Assembly: GCA_046155615.1 (NCBI GenBank)
Contig: JBJXFP010000096.1
Coordinates: 398 to 64,397 of the forward strand
Reading direction: 5' to 3'
Length of the DNA: 64,000 bases
DNA from: Flavobacteriales bacterium
Lineage (GTDB): Bacteria; Bacteroidota; Bacteroidia; Flavobacteriales_D; Sanyastnellaceae
Positions within the stretch are counted from its first letter, which is position 1. Each line of letters opens with the position of its first letter. The translations under genes were made by a program, and so were the position numbers. Below the pieces are notes generated by a model. That model did no database searches. It saw only the letters and a program-made list of their open reading frames with translations, and was not told the DNA's origin. This document shows, one piece after another, positions 50,234-59,272 of the stretch.

Positions 50234-51328
50234 TTACCTCGGCACCTCTACTTTCTTAAGAATGTCATCAATAATTTCTTCCACGGTGTGTCCTTCCATT
50301 TCGCGTTCGTGGCTGAGCACTATGCGGTGGTTGAGTACTGCGGGTGCCACACTCTTTATGTCATCAGGTGTTACGAATTCGCGGCCACGCAGAGCGGCAA
50401 TAGCTTTTGCTGTCTTCATCATACTCAGCGATGCACGAGGCGAAGCTCCCATGAAGAGGTCGCCATTGTTGCGTGTGTTGTGTACCACGGCAGCTATGTA
50501 GTTGAGCAGTTCAGGGCGCATATATACTTTTTCTACTATGCCTCTATAGTCTTTGAGCTGCGCAGGTGTCATCACCGGCTGCACACTATCGGTTTGTGTC
50601 AGGTCAAAATCCTGGTGGTAGCGCAGCAGTATGCGCTGCTCCTCTTCCAATGATGGGTATCCCAGCTTGATGCGGAAAATAAAACGGTCGAGTTGTGCTT
50701 CAGGCAGTGTATATGTTCCCTCTTGCTCCACGGGGTTTTGTGTAGCAATCACAAAGAAGGGGAATTCCATTTTGTATGTAACACCGTCAAAGGTCACTTG
50801 CTTTTCCTCCATCACTTCCATGAGCGAGGCTTGTGTCTTTGCCGGTGCGCGGTTTATCTCATCTATCAGTATGATGTTGGAAAACACCGGACCCTTTTTG
50901 AAGTAGAAATTGCTCTCCTTCATATTGAACACCGTGGTGCCTGTTACATCAGTTGGCATCAGGTCGGGAGTGAATTGGATGCGGCTGAAGCCCGCACTGA
51001 TGGTACGTGCGAGCATACGAGCTGTTAGCGTTTTGGCTATACCGGGCAATCCTTCAATCAGCACGTGGCCACCTACCAGCATGCCGGCAAGCATAAGCTC
51101 TATGCTGCTGTCCTGACCTACTATCACCTTGCCTACTTCTGTCTTCAGCTTGTCTGCTGCCTCGAACAGTGGTTTTACATCCACCCGTCCGGCAGCATGT
51201 ATATCGAGCCAGGGATTGGCCGGTGCTGTTGGTTCCGGTTGTGGTATTGCAGGTGTGGGATTGTGTTCGGTGTTGCCTGCCCCTACGGGGGGTGTTTCCT
51301 GCTCTCCGGTGTTTGTTGTTTCGCTCAT
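50234..51328 (-). CDS. MoxR-family AAA+ ATPase with about 45 aa Pro/Thr-rich N-terminal extension
   Basis: Walker A GLPGIAKT, Walker B ILIDEINRA, and the FFVIATQNPVEQEGTYTLPEAQLDRF motif typical of AAA_3/MoxR. Confidence 0.9.
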   Translation of the reverse strand: MSETTNTGEQETPPVGAGNTEHNPTPAIPQPEPTAPANPWLDIHAAGRVDVKPLFEAADKLKTEVGKVIVGQDSSIELMLAGMLVGGHVLIEGLPGIAKTLTARMLARTISAGFSRIQFTPDLMPTDVTGTTVFNMKESNFYFKKGPVFSNIILIDEINRAPAKTQASLMEVMEEKQVTFDGVTYKMEFPFFVIATQNPVEQEGTYTLPEAQLDRFIFRIKLGYPSLEEEQRILLRYHQDFDLTQTDSVQPVMTPAQLKDYRGIVEKVYMRPELLNYIAAVVHNTRNNGDLFMGASPRASLSMMKTAKAIAALRGREFVTPDDIKSVAPAVLNHRIVLSHEREMEGHTVEEIIDDILKKVEVPR

Positions 51329-51396
51329 GCGTTGGTTGTTTTGCTTTTGTTGTTCTATAATAATTTGAATGACGTTTTTCGCCAGTCAGTCAAAAC

Positions 51397-52851
51397 TCAT
51401 TTACACAATTCATAAAACTTTTCAAGTGTATGATGAAAGCGCAGCATGTCCGGTGTTTCCACCACCACTATGCTCGACAGGTATTTGTTTTGTTCAAATA
51501 TGTCCTTCACCAATGTTTCGGTCACATTGCTTTTGCGGGCAATCTGTAAGTAAAGCGCTTCATCTTCATCAGCCATGGCCGCAGGCAGCTTCAGGTTGAG
51601 TCTGTCGCGCAGGTATGCGCGAAACAAATCCATCTTCATCTTCACTAATTTCTTGTGGTCGCTTTGCCTCATGAACATTTGCGATATCACCTCGGTGTAT
51701 TCTATGGAAGTATTCTCCATATTGTCAGCCGATGGTATGATGCGCTGCCTGCGCTTAGCGCCAAACATGAGGTAGAGCAGGCCCGCGGCCAGCAAGAGGT
51801 ACCATGCAGTTTTCAGCATGGGTTCCGACAGGATGAATTCCATCGGGCCTTCATCGGGTTTGGTCAAATCTTTTTGTGATGGTTCCTGCTGGGCGATGTC
51901 ATAATCTCTGTTGTCCTCGTCCCAATACACATGGCCTTTGCCCATATCGGCCATGGCCATGCGGCAGTAGTTCATCGCAGTGTCATTCACCATGTTGAAG
52001 TTGGTGAATATGAGTGGAGTGCTGTGGAAATAAACTTTGCCCAGGCCATGCTCGCACATGATGTAGTTCACGTATTCATCATTGAAGTGGCCCATGATGT
52101 TCACAGGTTTGTTATCTCTTGTGCCAAGGCTGTCATTGAAGTATTGCCACATCTTGGTGGTGCGTTCGAAGTGTACATACTTGCTCAGATTGAATGCAGG
52201 CATGGATGAAGCCGCATCCATGTTCAACTTCATACTCACCAGCGTATCATGAATTCCAAATGAGAGGTTGTACAAGGAAGCATTATTTATCTGAGTGAAA
52301 TTCTCAATGTCCGATTCATCTTGTTGCTCTTGGTATTCATCTTCATATTCTTCATCGTACTCATCATATTCATCCGATTCTTCTTCACTATTTTCATAGT
52401 AATCTTTCATCCAGGCTTGCTCAAATTCTGACAATTCAGGTTGCCGGTTCATTACTTGCAGCAGAGTATCCGCCAGTGAGCTTTCAGGATAGTCACTCAT
52501 GATGTAAGCGTGATTGCCGGCTGCCACGAACTCAAGCAGCCTGCGTGTATCATCTTCATTCGGAAAAAATTGATGGCCTATGTACACATAGTTGTCCACC
52601 TCAGTAGTTGGGTCAGCAGGCAATTCTTTGAAGGCGCTGTCTTTCACCATCACAAATTGCTGACCGCTACGCACATCGCGCATGAGGCGATAAAAAACCA
52701 TGGTGCCGTATGGCTGATCATCGTAAGGCTTGTAACTTTCATTCCAGCGGTAGCGTTCGCCACTGAAGAGATAGAACACCACAAGCAATCCGATAATTGC
52801 AACAATTACCAGCAGCCATATCTTGGTCGTATTCTTACCTGTTGCCGCCAT
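51397..52851 (-). CDS. DUF4350-like single-pass membrane protein with an acidic insert
   Basis: N-terminal TM WLLVIVAIIGLLVVFYLF, a late second TM, and the acidic run SEEESDEYDEYDEEYEDEYQEQQDESD. Position in the MoxR operon matches my recollection of DUF4350. Confidence 0.5.
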   Translation of the reverse strand: MAATGKNTTKIWLLVIVAIIGLLVVFYLFSGERYRWNESYKPYDDQPYGTMVFYRLMRDVRSGQQFVMVKDSAFKELPADPTTEVDNYVYIGHQFFPNEDDTRRLLEFVAAGNHAYIMSDYPESSLADTLLQVMNRQPELSEFEQAWMKDYYENSEEESDEYDEYDEEYEDEYQEQQDESDIENFTQINNASLYNLSFGIHDTLVSMKLNMDAASSMPAFNLSKYVHFERTTKMWQYFNDSLGTRDNKPVNIMGHFNDEYVNYIMCEHGLGKVYFHSTPLIFTNFNMVNDTAMNYCRMAMADMGKGHVYWDEDNRDYDIAQQEPSQKDLTKPDEGPMEFILSEPMLKTAWYLLLAAGLLYLMFGAKRRQRIIPSADNMENTSIEYTEVISQMFMRQSDHKKLVKMKMDLFRAYLRDRLNLKLPAAMADEDEALYLQIARKSNVTETLVKDIFEQNKYLSSIVVVETPDMLRFHHTLEKFYELCK

Positions 52852-53551
52852 CTATCTGGTTGTTGTAACGGTTGAAGGCTTCAAGTAACGCATCGTAGTG
52901 GTTGCGCTCTATGTTTACATCTCCATACCACACTACTTCGTAGGCCAGTGTGAGGTCGCGAAACTGTGCATAGTGTTTTCCTCTTCGCATTTCATTCAGG
53001 TAGTCATAGTTGGTCTTGTCTTTTTTCCAAATGATGAATTGAAATTGATGCATGCGTTGCAGGCTGCTTATGTAGAGCACACGCACAGCAGTTTTATAGT
53101 CACCTGCTTCAAGCGCAAGGCGCAAAAATCTTTCTATGTCAGTTTCTTCCGGCAGTGTGTCCATTATTTCCAAATCGGCAAGCGATGGAGCTTTCAGCTT
53201 GCGGTCAGCAAGTTTTGCAGGGCTTCGCATGGCGAAGTAAATTATCAATGCCAGAGCCGCTATCACTATCAACAGGCAAATCACTTTGCCGGTGCCGGAG
53301 CTGAATAAAGCACTCAGGTCAAATTCAGTTTCAGGTTCTTCGTACTGCGTAGATTCTTTGGCTGGTTGTTCCTTCTCTTCTTCGGGCTTTTCCGGTTCAC
53401 GTTCGTCTTTGTAGTCTATCCCCTGGCGTGCATCCTGCCACTGGCTATCTGTCCACACCGAATCTTGTGCACTTTGTGCAGGGCATGGTGGCGCATATAC
53501 ACAGAGCACCACCCAAATGGTTGTAAGTCTAAATTTCCTTTTCCAATCCAT
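52835..53551 (-). CDS. DUF4129-like protein
   Basis: Signal or TM, an acidic linker, a central TM, then a C-terminal LALEAGDYKTAVRVLY...KTNYDYLNE...F..LT..YE..WYG pattern that I associate with DUF4129. Confidence 0.55.
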   Translation of the reverse strand: MDWKRKFRLTTIWVVLCVYAPPCPAQSAQDSVWTDSQWQDARQGIDYKDEREPEKPEEEKEQPAKESTQYEEPETEFDLSALFSSGTGKVICLLIVIAALALIIYFAMRSPAKLADRKLKAPSLADLEIMDTLPEETDIERFLRLALEAGDYKTAVRVLYISSLQRMHQFQFIIWKKDKTNYDYLNEMRRGKHYAQFRDLTLAYEVVWYGDVNIERNHYDALLEAFNRYNNQIDGGNR

Positions 53552-55394
53552 AAGCTCGGTTTTTGAATCCTACCTTGCTGATGGCAGCAAAGAGTGAATT
53601 GGCTTCATTTATTTCGCGTGCGCTGTGGTAGAACAACGCAGTGCTGTAAAGGCAAAGACTGATGACACATGCAGGCACAAAAAAGATGATGAAGGTGTAG
53701 ATCGTGATGAAGGCATACTCGGCATAAGGTGCATTGCGCGGTATGTTCATGGTCACCATTTCTATCACAAGGTTTAGTACATCCGCACACAGTATGAAGT
53801 AGATGAGCCATTGCATGATGAGCATACTCAGGAAGGTGCCCACCATACTCCAGAAGTTTCCTTTCATCAGCGCGAAGAGTCTGCCTGTGGTTTGCACAAA
53901 AACTTTTTTCTCTGTAAAACTGATGTACATCCACAGCAGTATGATGGGTGTAAAAAAGGGCATGATGAAAAAAGTGAAAACCTGATCCAACAACAATGGA
54001 GATAAGAGAATGGCTGAAAGAAGAATGCTGTTGATCACATCCACCATACTCACTGCATTGTTCAGCTTCATTTTGCGATTGGCCAGATAAAAGAATAAAA
54101 TGCTGTAAGCTGAGAAGGCTACTGCGTGAACGCCATATACCAATGGAAACTTTTCGAAATTGAAATATCTGTCCCAGGTGTCCCATGGGTAGATGAGGTC
54201 AAAAAAAGTTGGGTAATACTCATACCACTCGCCCTGCAGCAACTCCAGCTTGCCATGGGTGATGAATAAGTACAGCGCGGTGAATCCGATGCCGGTGCAC
54301 AGCGCTGCAATCACCTGCACGCGGGCATGGGCTGCAAACAAATCCCATGTTTCGGTAAAGATGCGACCTGCGCCTTTTATCACATCCAGAGCATACACCG
54401 TCTCATTGCGCTTCGGAATTTCATCCATGGGCAATGGCGCTATTTGTCCTTTTCTCTTTTTGTAAATGGGAAATATGATGAAGTAGCCAACCACAACAAA
54501 TGCAGAAAACAGAATGATGAACAATCGGATAGAGTCACCAATATCTGTGTGGCGGGTAAGGAAACTTTCGATAAACGCAGCATAGATGAGCAAAACAGAA
54601 ACCCCAATCATGATTCTGACACCACTGCGCGATGCTTTGATGAGTGCCTGACCGCGGCTATACGTGCCGGGAAACATCAACCCGCGGGCAAGTGCGAAAC
54701 CTGCACCACCGGCTATCATAATCATACTGAGTTCGAGTGTGCCATGCAGCATCACAGCCATGAAACATTGCTGAAACAAACCCCGCTCTATGAAGAAGTA
54801 AACAAATGCACCTACCATGATGGCATTGTACAATATGTAGTACACCGTGCCCACTCCGAATAGCAGCCCTGCCACAAAGCAGATGAATGAAACTATAATG
54901 TTGTTGAGCGCTATCCGGAAAAACATGGGCAACTCATCACTGGTGCCGTACACTGCCATGGGGTCTCCACTGGCTATGTTGGCTTTGGTCATTTCTATGT
55001 ACGTATCACCCAGTATGATGCGGGCAAACTCCGGATAATACATGCTGCTGAACAAGCCTATGGACACACCGGCCACGAATAGAATGAATGAGAAATAGAT
55101 TGCTTTGCGCTGGTAATACAGTGCAGTGGGGAGTTCCTGTCTCCAGAAATTCACAAAGGCATTTTTTTCGCGCTTTTTGTTTTTGTAAACTACCTGATAG
55201 ACTTGCTGCGCTATACCATTGAGGTAAACACGCACTGACCGATTGCGGTAGTATGTGCGTGAATAGGAGAGGTCGTCAGTGGTTTCAATAAAAAGCTCTG
55301 TAACACGCTCAGGGTCTTTGTTGCGATTGAGAAGTACCTGCTCAAATTCGCTCCACTTGTCCTTATTCTGCTCAATGAATTCTGTCTCCTGCAT
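53529..55394 (-). CDS. SpoIIM-like (stage II sporulation protein M family) polytopic membrane protein with an about 300 aa extra C-terminal membrane domain
   Basis: Start at MQETEFIEQNKDKWSEFEQVL. TDDLSYSRTYYRNRSVRVYLN and the following 5-6 TM helices match my recollection of the SpoIIM-like proteins that lead such MoxR operons. Confidence 0.6.
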   Translation of the reverse strand: MQETEFIEQNKDKWSEFEQVLLNRNKDPERVTELFIETTDDLSYSRTYYRNRSVRVYLNGIAQQVYQVVYKNKKREKNAFVNFWRQELPTALYYQRKAIYFSFILFVAGVSIGLFSSMYYPEFARIILGDTYIEMTKANIASGDPMAVYGTSDELPMFFRIALNNIIVSFICFVAGLLFGVGTVYYILYNAIMVGAFVYFFIERGLFQQCFMAVMLHGTLELSMIMIAGGAGFALARGLMFPGTYSRGQALIKASRSGVRIMIGVSVLLIYAAFIESFLTRHTDIGDSIRLFIILFSAFVVVGYFIIFPIYKKRKGQIAPLPMDEIPKRNETVYALDVIKGAGRIFTETWDLFAAHARVQVIAALCTGIGFTALYLFITHGKLELLQGEWYEYYPTFFDLIYPWDTWDRYFNFEKFPLVYGVHAVAFSAYSILFFYLANRKMKLNNAVSMVDVINSILLSAILLSPLLLDQVFTFFIMPFFTPIILLWMYISFTEKKVFVQTTGRLFALMKGNFWSMVGTFLSMLIMQWLIYFILCADVLNLVIEMVTMNIPRNAPYAEYAFITIYTFIIFFVPACVISLCLYSTALFYHSAREINEANSLFAAISKVGFKNRAYGLEKEI

Positions 55395-55637
55395 GCGCGT
55401 GGCGGGTACAATTTTGCAATAGTGCAGCGCAATATATGTGCAGTGCATGGTGGGTAAGAGCATTCAGGCTTTTCAGGCGCTGCCAAAAAAATGAAAACAT
55501 ATCAACCAACTGCCAACGGGGCTTGCATCGCCAATAGCCACTTCTACATTTGCGCGCATTTTTTTTGCGAACGCATGGAAGCGTTTGATCGCAAAAAACT
55601 TTTTTACTTCTTCAATAAAAAACAAACAGCGTAAACA

Positions 55638-56579
55638 ATGAAAGTAACCGTAGTAGGTGCAGGCAATGTGGGTGCAACCTGTGCTGATGTATTGGCCACA
55701 CGTGAGATAGCCAACGAGGTGGTGTTGGTGGATATCAAGCCAAACTTTGCCGAAGGCAAGGCTTTGGATATATGGCAAACCGCCCCTATCAATCTGTATG
55801 ACACACGCACCACCGGCAGCACCGATGACTACAGCAAAACTGCGGGCAGCGAAGTAGTGGTGATAACCAGCGGCCTGCCGCGTAAGCCGGGCATGAGCCG
55901 CGATGACTTGATAGCAACCAATGCAGGTATTGTGAAAACAGTAACGGAAAACGTAATCAAATACTCGCCCGATGCCAAGATTGTGGTAGTAAGCAATCCA
56001 TTGGATGTGATGACCTACTGCGCATACCTGACTGCCAAAGTGGACAGCAATCGTGTGTTTGGGATGGCGGGCATATTGGACACGGCACGTTACCGTGCAT
56101 TTCTTGCAACAGAGCTGGGCTGCTCGCCCAAAGACATTCAAGCGGTGCTGATGGGTGGCCATGGCGACACCATGGTGCCACTGCCTCGCTACACCACAGT
56201 AAGTGGCATACCAGTGACTGAACTGGTAGCTGAGGACAGGCTGAATGCCATAGTAGATCGCACCAAAACTGGTGGCGGTGAAATAGTGAACCTGCTTGGA
56301 ACAAGCGCGTGGTATGCACCCGGTGCTGCTGCCGCCCAAATGGTTGAAGCCATTGTGCGCGATCAGAAACGCATCTATCCGGTGTGTGCCTGGCTGCAAG
56401 GCGAGTATGGCCTGAAAGACATTTACCTTGGTGTGCCTGTAGTGCTTGGCAAAGGCGGCATAGAAAAGATAATAGAACTCAAATTGAACGATAGCGAAAT
56501 GGCACTGCTGAATTCTTCAGCAAAAGCTGTGAAGGAAGTGATGAGCGTGTTGGACGGTATGAATGCCGTGAGTGCGTGA
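55638..56579 (+). CDS. mdh: Malate dehydrogenase (LDH-like MDH)
   Basis: MKVTVVGAGNVGATCA, substrate-binding GLPRKPGMSRDDL, and catalytic GGHGD. Confidence 0.95.
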   Translation: MKVTVVGAGNVGATCADVLATREIANEVVLVDIKPNFAEGKALDIWQTAPINLYDTRTTGSTDDYSKTAGSEVVVITSGLPRKPGMSRDDLIATNAGIVKTVTENVIKYSPDAKIVVVSNPLDVMTYCAYLTAKVDSNRVFGMAGILDTARYRAFLATELGCSPKDIQAVLMGGHGDTMVPLPRYTTVSGIPVTELVAEDRLNAIVDRTKTGGGEIVNLLGTSAWYAPGAAAAQMVEAIVRDQKRIYPVCAWLQGEYGLKDIYLGVPVVLGKGGIEKIIELKLNDSEMALLNSSAKAVKEVMSVLDGMNAVSA

Positions 56580-56610
56580 GGCAATTGTGAGGCAAAAGTT
56601 TTAAAGAATT

Positions 56611-56646
56611 CCGCCATGCGAACTATGCGCATGGCGGTTTTTTTTT
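56611..56646 (+). terminator. Rho-independent terminator after mdh
   Basis: Stem ccgccatgcg / cgcatggcgg followed by T9. Confidence 0.75.
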
Positions 56647-56847
56647 GCATGTAGTTTTGAAATGGTTGTTTACTGAAAACCCAATTGCACTCTGCTTACC
56701 ATCTTCCATTAAATGAATCTGAAAATTGATGAATGGAATAAAAGTCTTATCCGATTCAAATTGAAAACCAGAAAAAACAACCGTCAAATTCAAGGATGAT
56801 TGAAGGTTGGTCTGCCAATCCAATTGTCTCGTTGTTATTCTCGCACC

Positions 56848-57177
56848 ATGAAGCAAAGCGAAATAAAATTTGACATCACATTAGACGACAACAGCGTGCC
56901 CGAAAAAATAATGTGGGCTGCCAGCGACACTGACAAACAGTCGGAGGCTAAGGCCATCATGCTGGCTATATGGGATGCGCATGAACAGACTACCATGCGC
57001 ATAGACTTGTGGAACAAGGAAATGAAAACCGATGAGATGAAACAAATGGTACATCAGACTCTGATGACACTTGCTGATGCATTTGAAAGGGCTACCGGTG
57101 AAAAACCCATGGCAGGTGCCATGCGAGAGTTCGGACAATTCTTTGCTGAGAAAATGAAACTGGTAGGGCCGTTGTGA
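56848..57177 (+). CDS. gldC: Gliding motility protein GldC
   Basis: Start at MKQSEIKFDITLDDNSVPEKIMWAASD. About 109 aa. The sequence closely resembles GldC as I recall it. Confidence 0.75.
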   Translation: MKQSEIKFDITLDDNSVPEKIMWAASDTDKQSEAKAIMLAIWDAHEQTTMRIDLWNKEMKTDEMKQMVHQTLMTLADAFERATGEKPMAGAMREFGQFFAEKMKLVGPL

Positions 57178-59208
57178 TCAATTATTAATACCACCTGCTG
57201 TTTCCAGCATCTTCTTCAACTCAAGCATCTCATCACGCAGACGTGCTGCTTCCATAAAATCAAGTTCTTTGGCAGCTCGCTCCATAGCACGTTTCACTTG
57301 ATCCAAAGTCTTTTCTAACTGCACTGGTGTCATGCTTTGATACGCAGGGTCTGCGGCAATGCTTGTAGTTTCATCAGGCTCCACATAGTAGTTTTTCTTG
57401 CGTTTGTCCAACATGCCACTTTGTTCGAATATGGTCTTGTTGCCCTTCACTATCTGTTGTGGCACTATGCCGTTGGCTGCATTGTAGGCCATTTGTTTTT
57501 CGCGCCTGCGCAGCGTTTCATCCATGGTTTGCTGCATACTTGCTGTAATGGTGTCTGCATACATCACCACACGGCCATTCACATTGCGCGCAGCGCGCCC
57601 AGCGGTTTGTGTGAGGCTTCGGTTGCTTCGCAAAAATCCTTCTTTGTCAGCATCCATGATAGCCACCAGCGACACTTCCGGCAGGTCGAGTCCTTCGCGC
57701 AGCAGGTTCACACCCACCAATACATCAAACTTGCCTTCGCGCAGGTCGCGCAATATTTCTATGCGATCCAATGTCTCTACCTCGCTGTGTATGTAGCGGC
57801 AACTGACATTCATTTTGTCTAAATACTTGGCCAGCTCTTCGGCCATGCGCTTGGTGAGTGTGGTTACCAGAACGCGTTCCTGTTTGGTTATGGTGGCTTG
57901 TATTTCACCCATCAAATCATCTATTTGATTGAGCGATGGGCGCACATCAATGGGTGGATCTAAAAGACCTGTTGGTCGCACCAATTGCTCCACCACCACT
58001 CCCTCGCACTTTGCCAATTCATAATCGGCAGGAGTAGCACTTACATACAGCACCTGATGTTGCATGGCCTCCCACTCCTGAAAGGTGAGTGGCCTGTTGT
58101 CCATAGCACTTGTTAGTCTAAAACCATAGTCCACCAGATTCACTTTGCGGCTGCGGTCGCCACCATACATAGCTCCCACCTGCGACACGGTCGCATGGCT
58201 TTCGTCTATCACCATCAGGTAGTCGTCAGGGAAATAATCGAGCAAGCAGAATGGTCGCTGGCCGGGCTGCCTGCGGTCGAAGTAGCGCGAATAATTTTCA
58301 ATGCCGGAGCAATAACCCAACTCGCGCATCATTTCCAAATCATAGCTCACACGTTCGTTCAGTCTTTTGCTTTCAATGTGTTTTCCTATCTGGTCGAAAT
58401 GCTCAGTTTGCTTCACCATGTCCTGTTGTATTTCCCACATGCTTTGTGTCATGGTTTCGCGGCTGGTCACAAAGAGGTTTGCCGGATAGATGCGCATTGT
58501 TTCGAAAGTCATTAGTTTTTTTCCGGTATCCGGTGCAATGGTTTCTATGCTTTCTATTTCATTTCCCCAAAAGTTGATGCGCACGGCATAGTCAGCATAT
58601 GCCAAAAAAACATCAACCGTATCACCTTGCACACGAAAAGTGCCGCGGCTGAATTCTGCGCGCGTGCGGCTATAAAGCGATTCTACTAAGCGGTGCAAAA
58701 GGCCCTGCCTGCTCATGGCCTGTCCGCGTTTCAGGTCGATCACACTTTTGTGAAACTCCGCAGGATTGCCGATACCATATATGCAACTGATGCTTGCTAC
58801 CACTATTACATCGCGTCTACCACTGAGCAATGCGCTTGTTGCACTGAGGCGCAGTTTTTCTATCTCATCATTTATGCTGAGGTCTTTCTCTATGTAAGTA
58901 CCTGTGGTTGGCAGAAATGCTTCCGGCTGGTAGTAGTCGTAATAGCTCACGAAATATTCTACTAAGTTCTCAGGAAAAAAAGATTTGAACTCAGAGTAGA
59001 GCTGTGCAGCAAGTGTTTTGTTATGCGACAGGATGAGAGCAGGCCGCTGCGTTTGTTGCAGCACGTTGGCAATGGTAAATGTCTTGCCACTACCTGTTAC
59101 TCCCAGCAATGTCTGATACTTGTCGCCACGCTGTATGCCCTGCACCAATTGTGCTATGGCCTGTGGCTGGTCGCCACTGGGTGTATAGTTGCTTGTCAGT
59201 TGGAACAT
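57178..59208 (-). CDS. uvrB: Excinuclease ABC subunit B
   Basis: Start at MFQLTSNYTPSGDQPQAI. Walker A GVTGSGKT, DESH box, and a C-terminal UVR domain. Confidence 0.95.
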   Translation of the reverse strand: MFQLTSNYTPSGDQPQAIAQLVQGIQRGDKYQTLLGVTGSGKTFTIANVLQQTQRPALILSHNKTLAAQLYSEFKSFFPENLVEYFVSYYDYYQPEAFLPTTGTYIEKDLSINDEIEKLRLSATSALLSGRRDVIVVASISCIYGIGNPAEFHKSVIDLKRGQAMSRQGLLHRLVESLYSRTRAEFSRGTFRVQGDTVDVFLAYADYAVRINFWGNEIESIETIAPDTGKKLMTFETMRIYPANLFVTSRETMTQSMWEIQQDMVKQTEHFDQIGKHIESKRLNERVSYDLEMMRELGYCSGIENYSRYFDRRQPGQRPFCLLDYFPDDYLMVIDESHATVSQVGAMYGGDRSRKVNLVDYGFRLTSAMDNRPLTFQEWEAMQHQVLYVSATPADYELAKCEGVVVEQLVRPTGLLDPPIDVRPSLNQIDDLMGEIQATITKQERVLVTTLTKRMAEELAKYLDKMNVSCRYIHSEVETLDRIEILRDLREGKFDVLVGVNLLREGLDLPEVSLVAIMDADKEGFLRSNRSLTQTAGRAARNVNGRVVMYADTITASMQQTMDETLRRREKQMAYNAANGIVPQQIVKGNKTIFEQSGMLDKRKKNYYVEPDETTSIAADPAYQSMTPVQLEKTLDQVKRAMERAAKELDFMEAARLRDEMLELKKMLETAGGINN

Positions 59209-59272
59209 GGTGAGCAATGATAGCAACACCGTGCATTAGTTTTAATATCCGTTGATGTGTTACCGCATTCGC

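Noticed and set aside
55473-56399. 308 aa minus-strand ORF opposite mdh
   Set aside because: It is antisense to an unmistakable malate dehydrogenase and has no recognisable domain.
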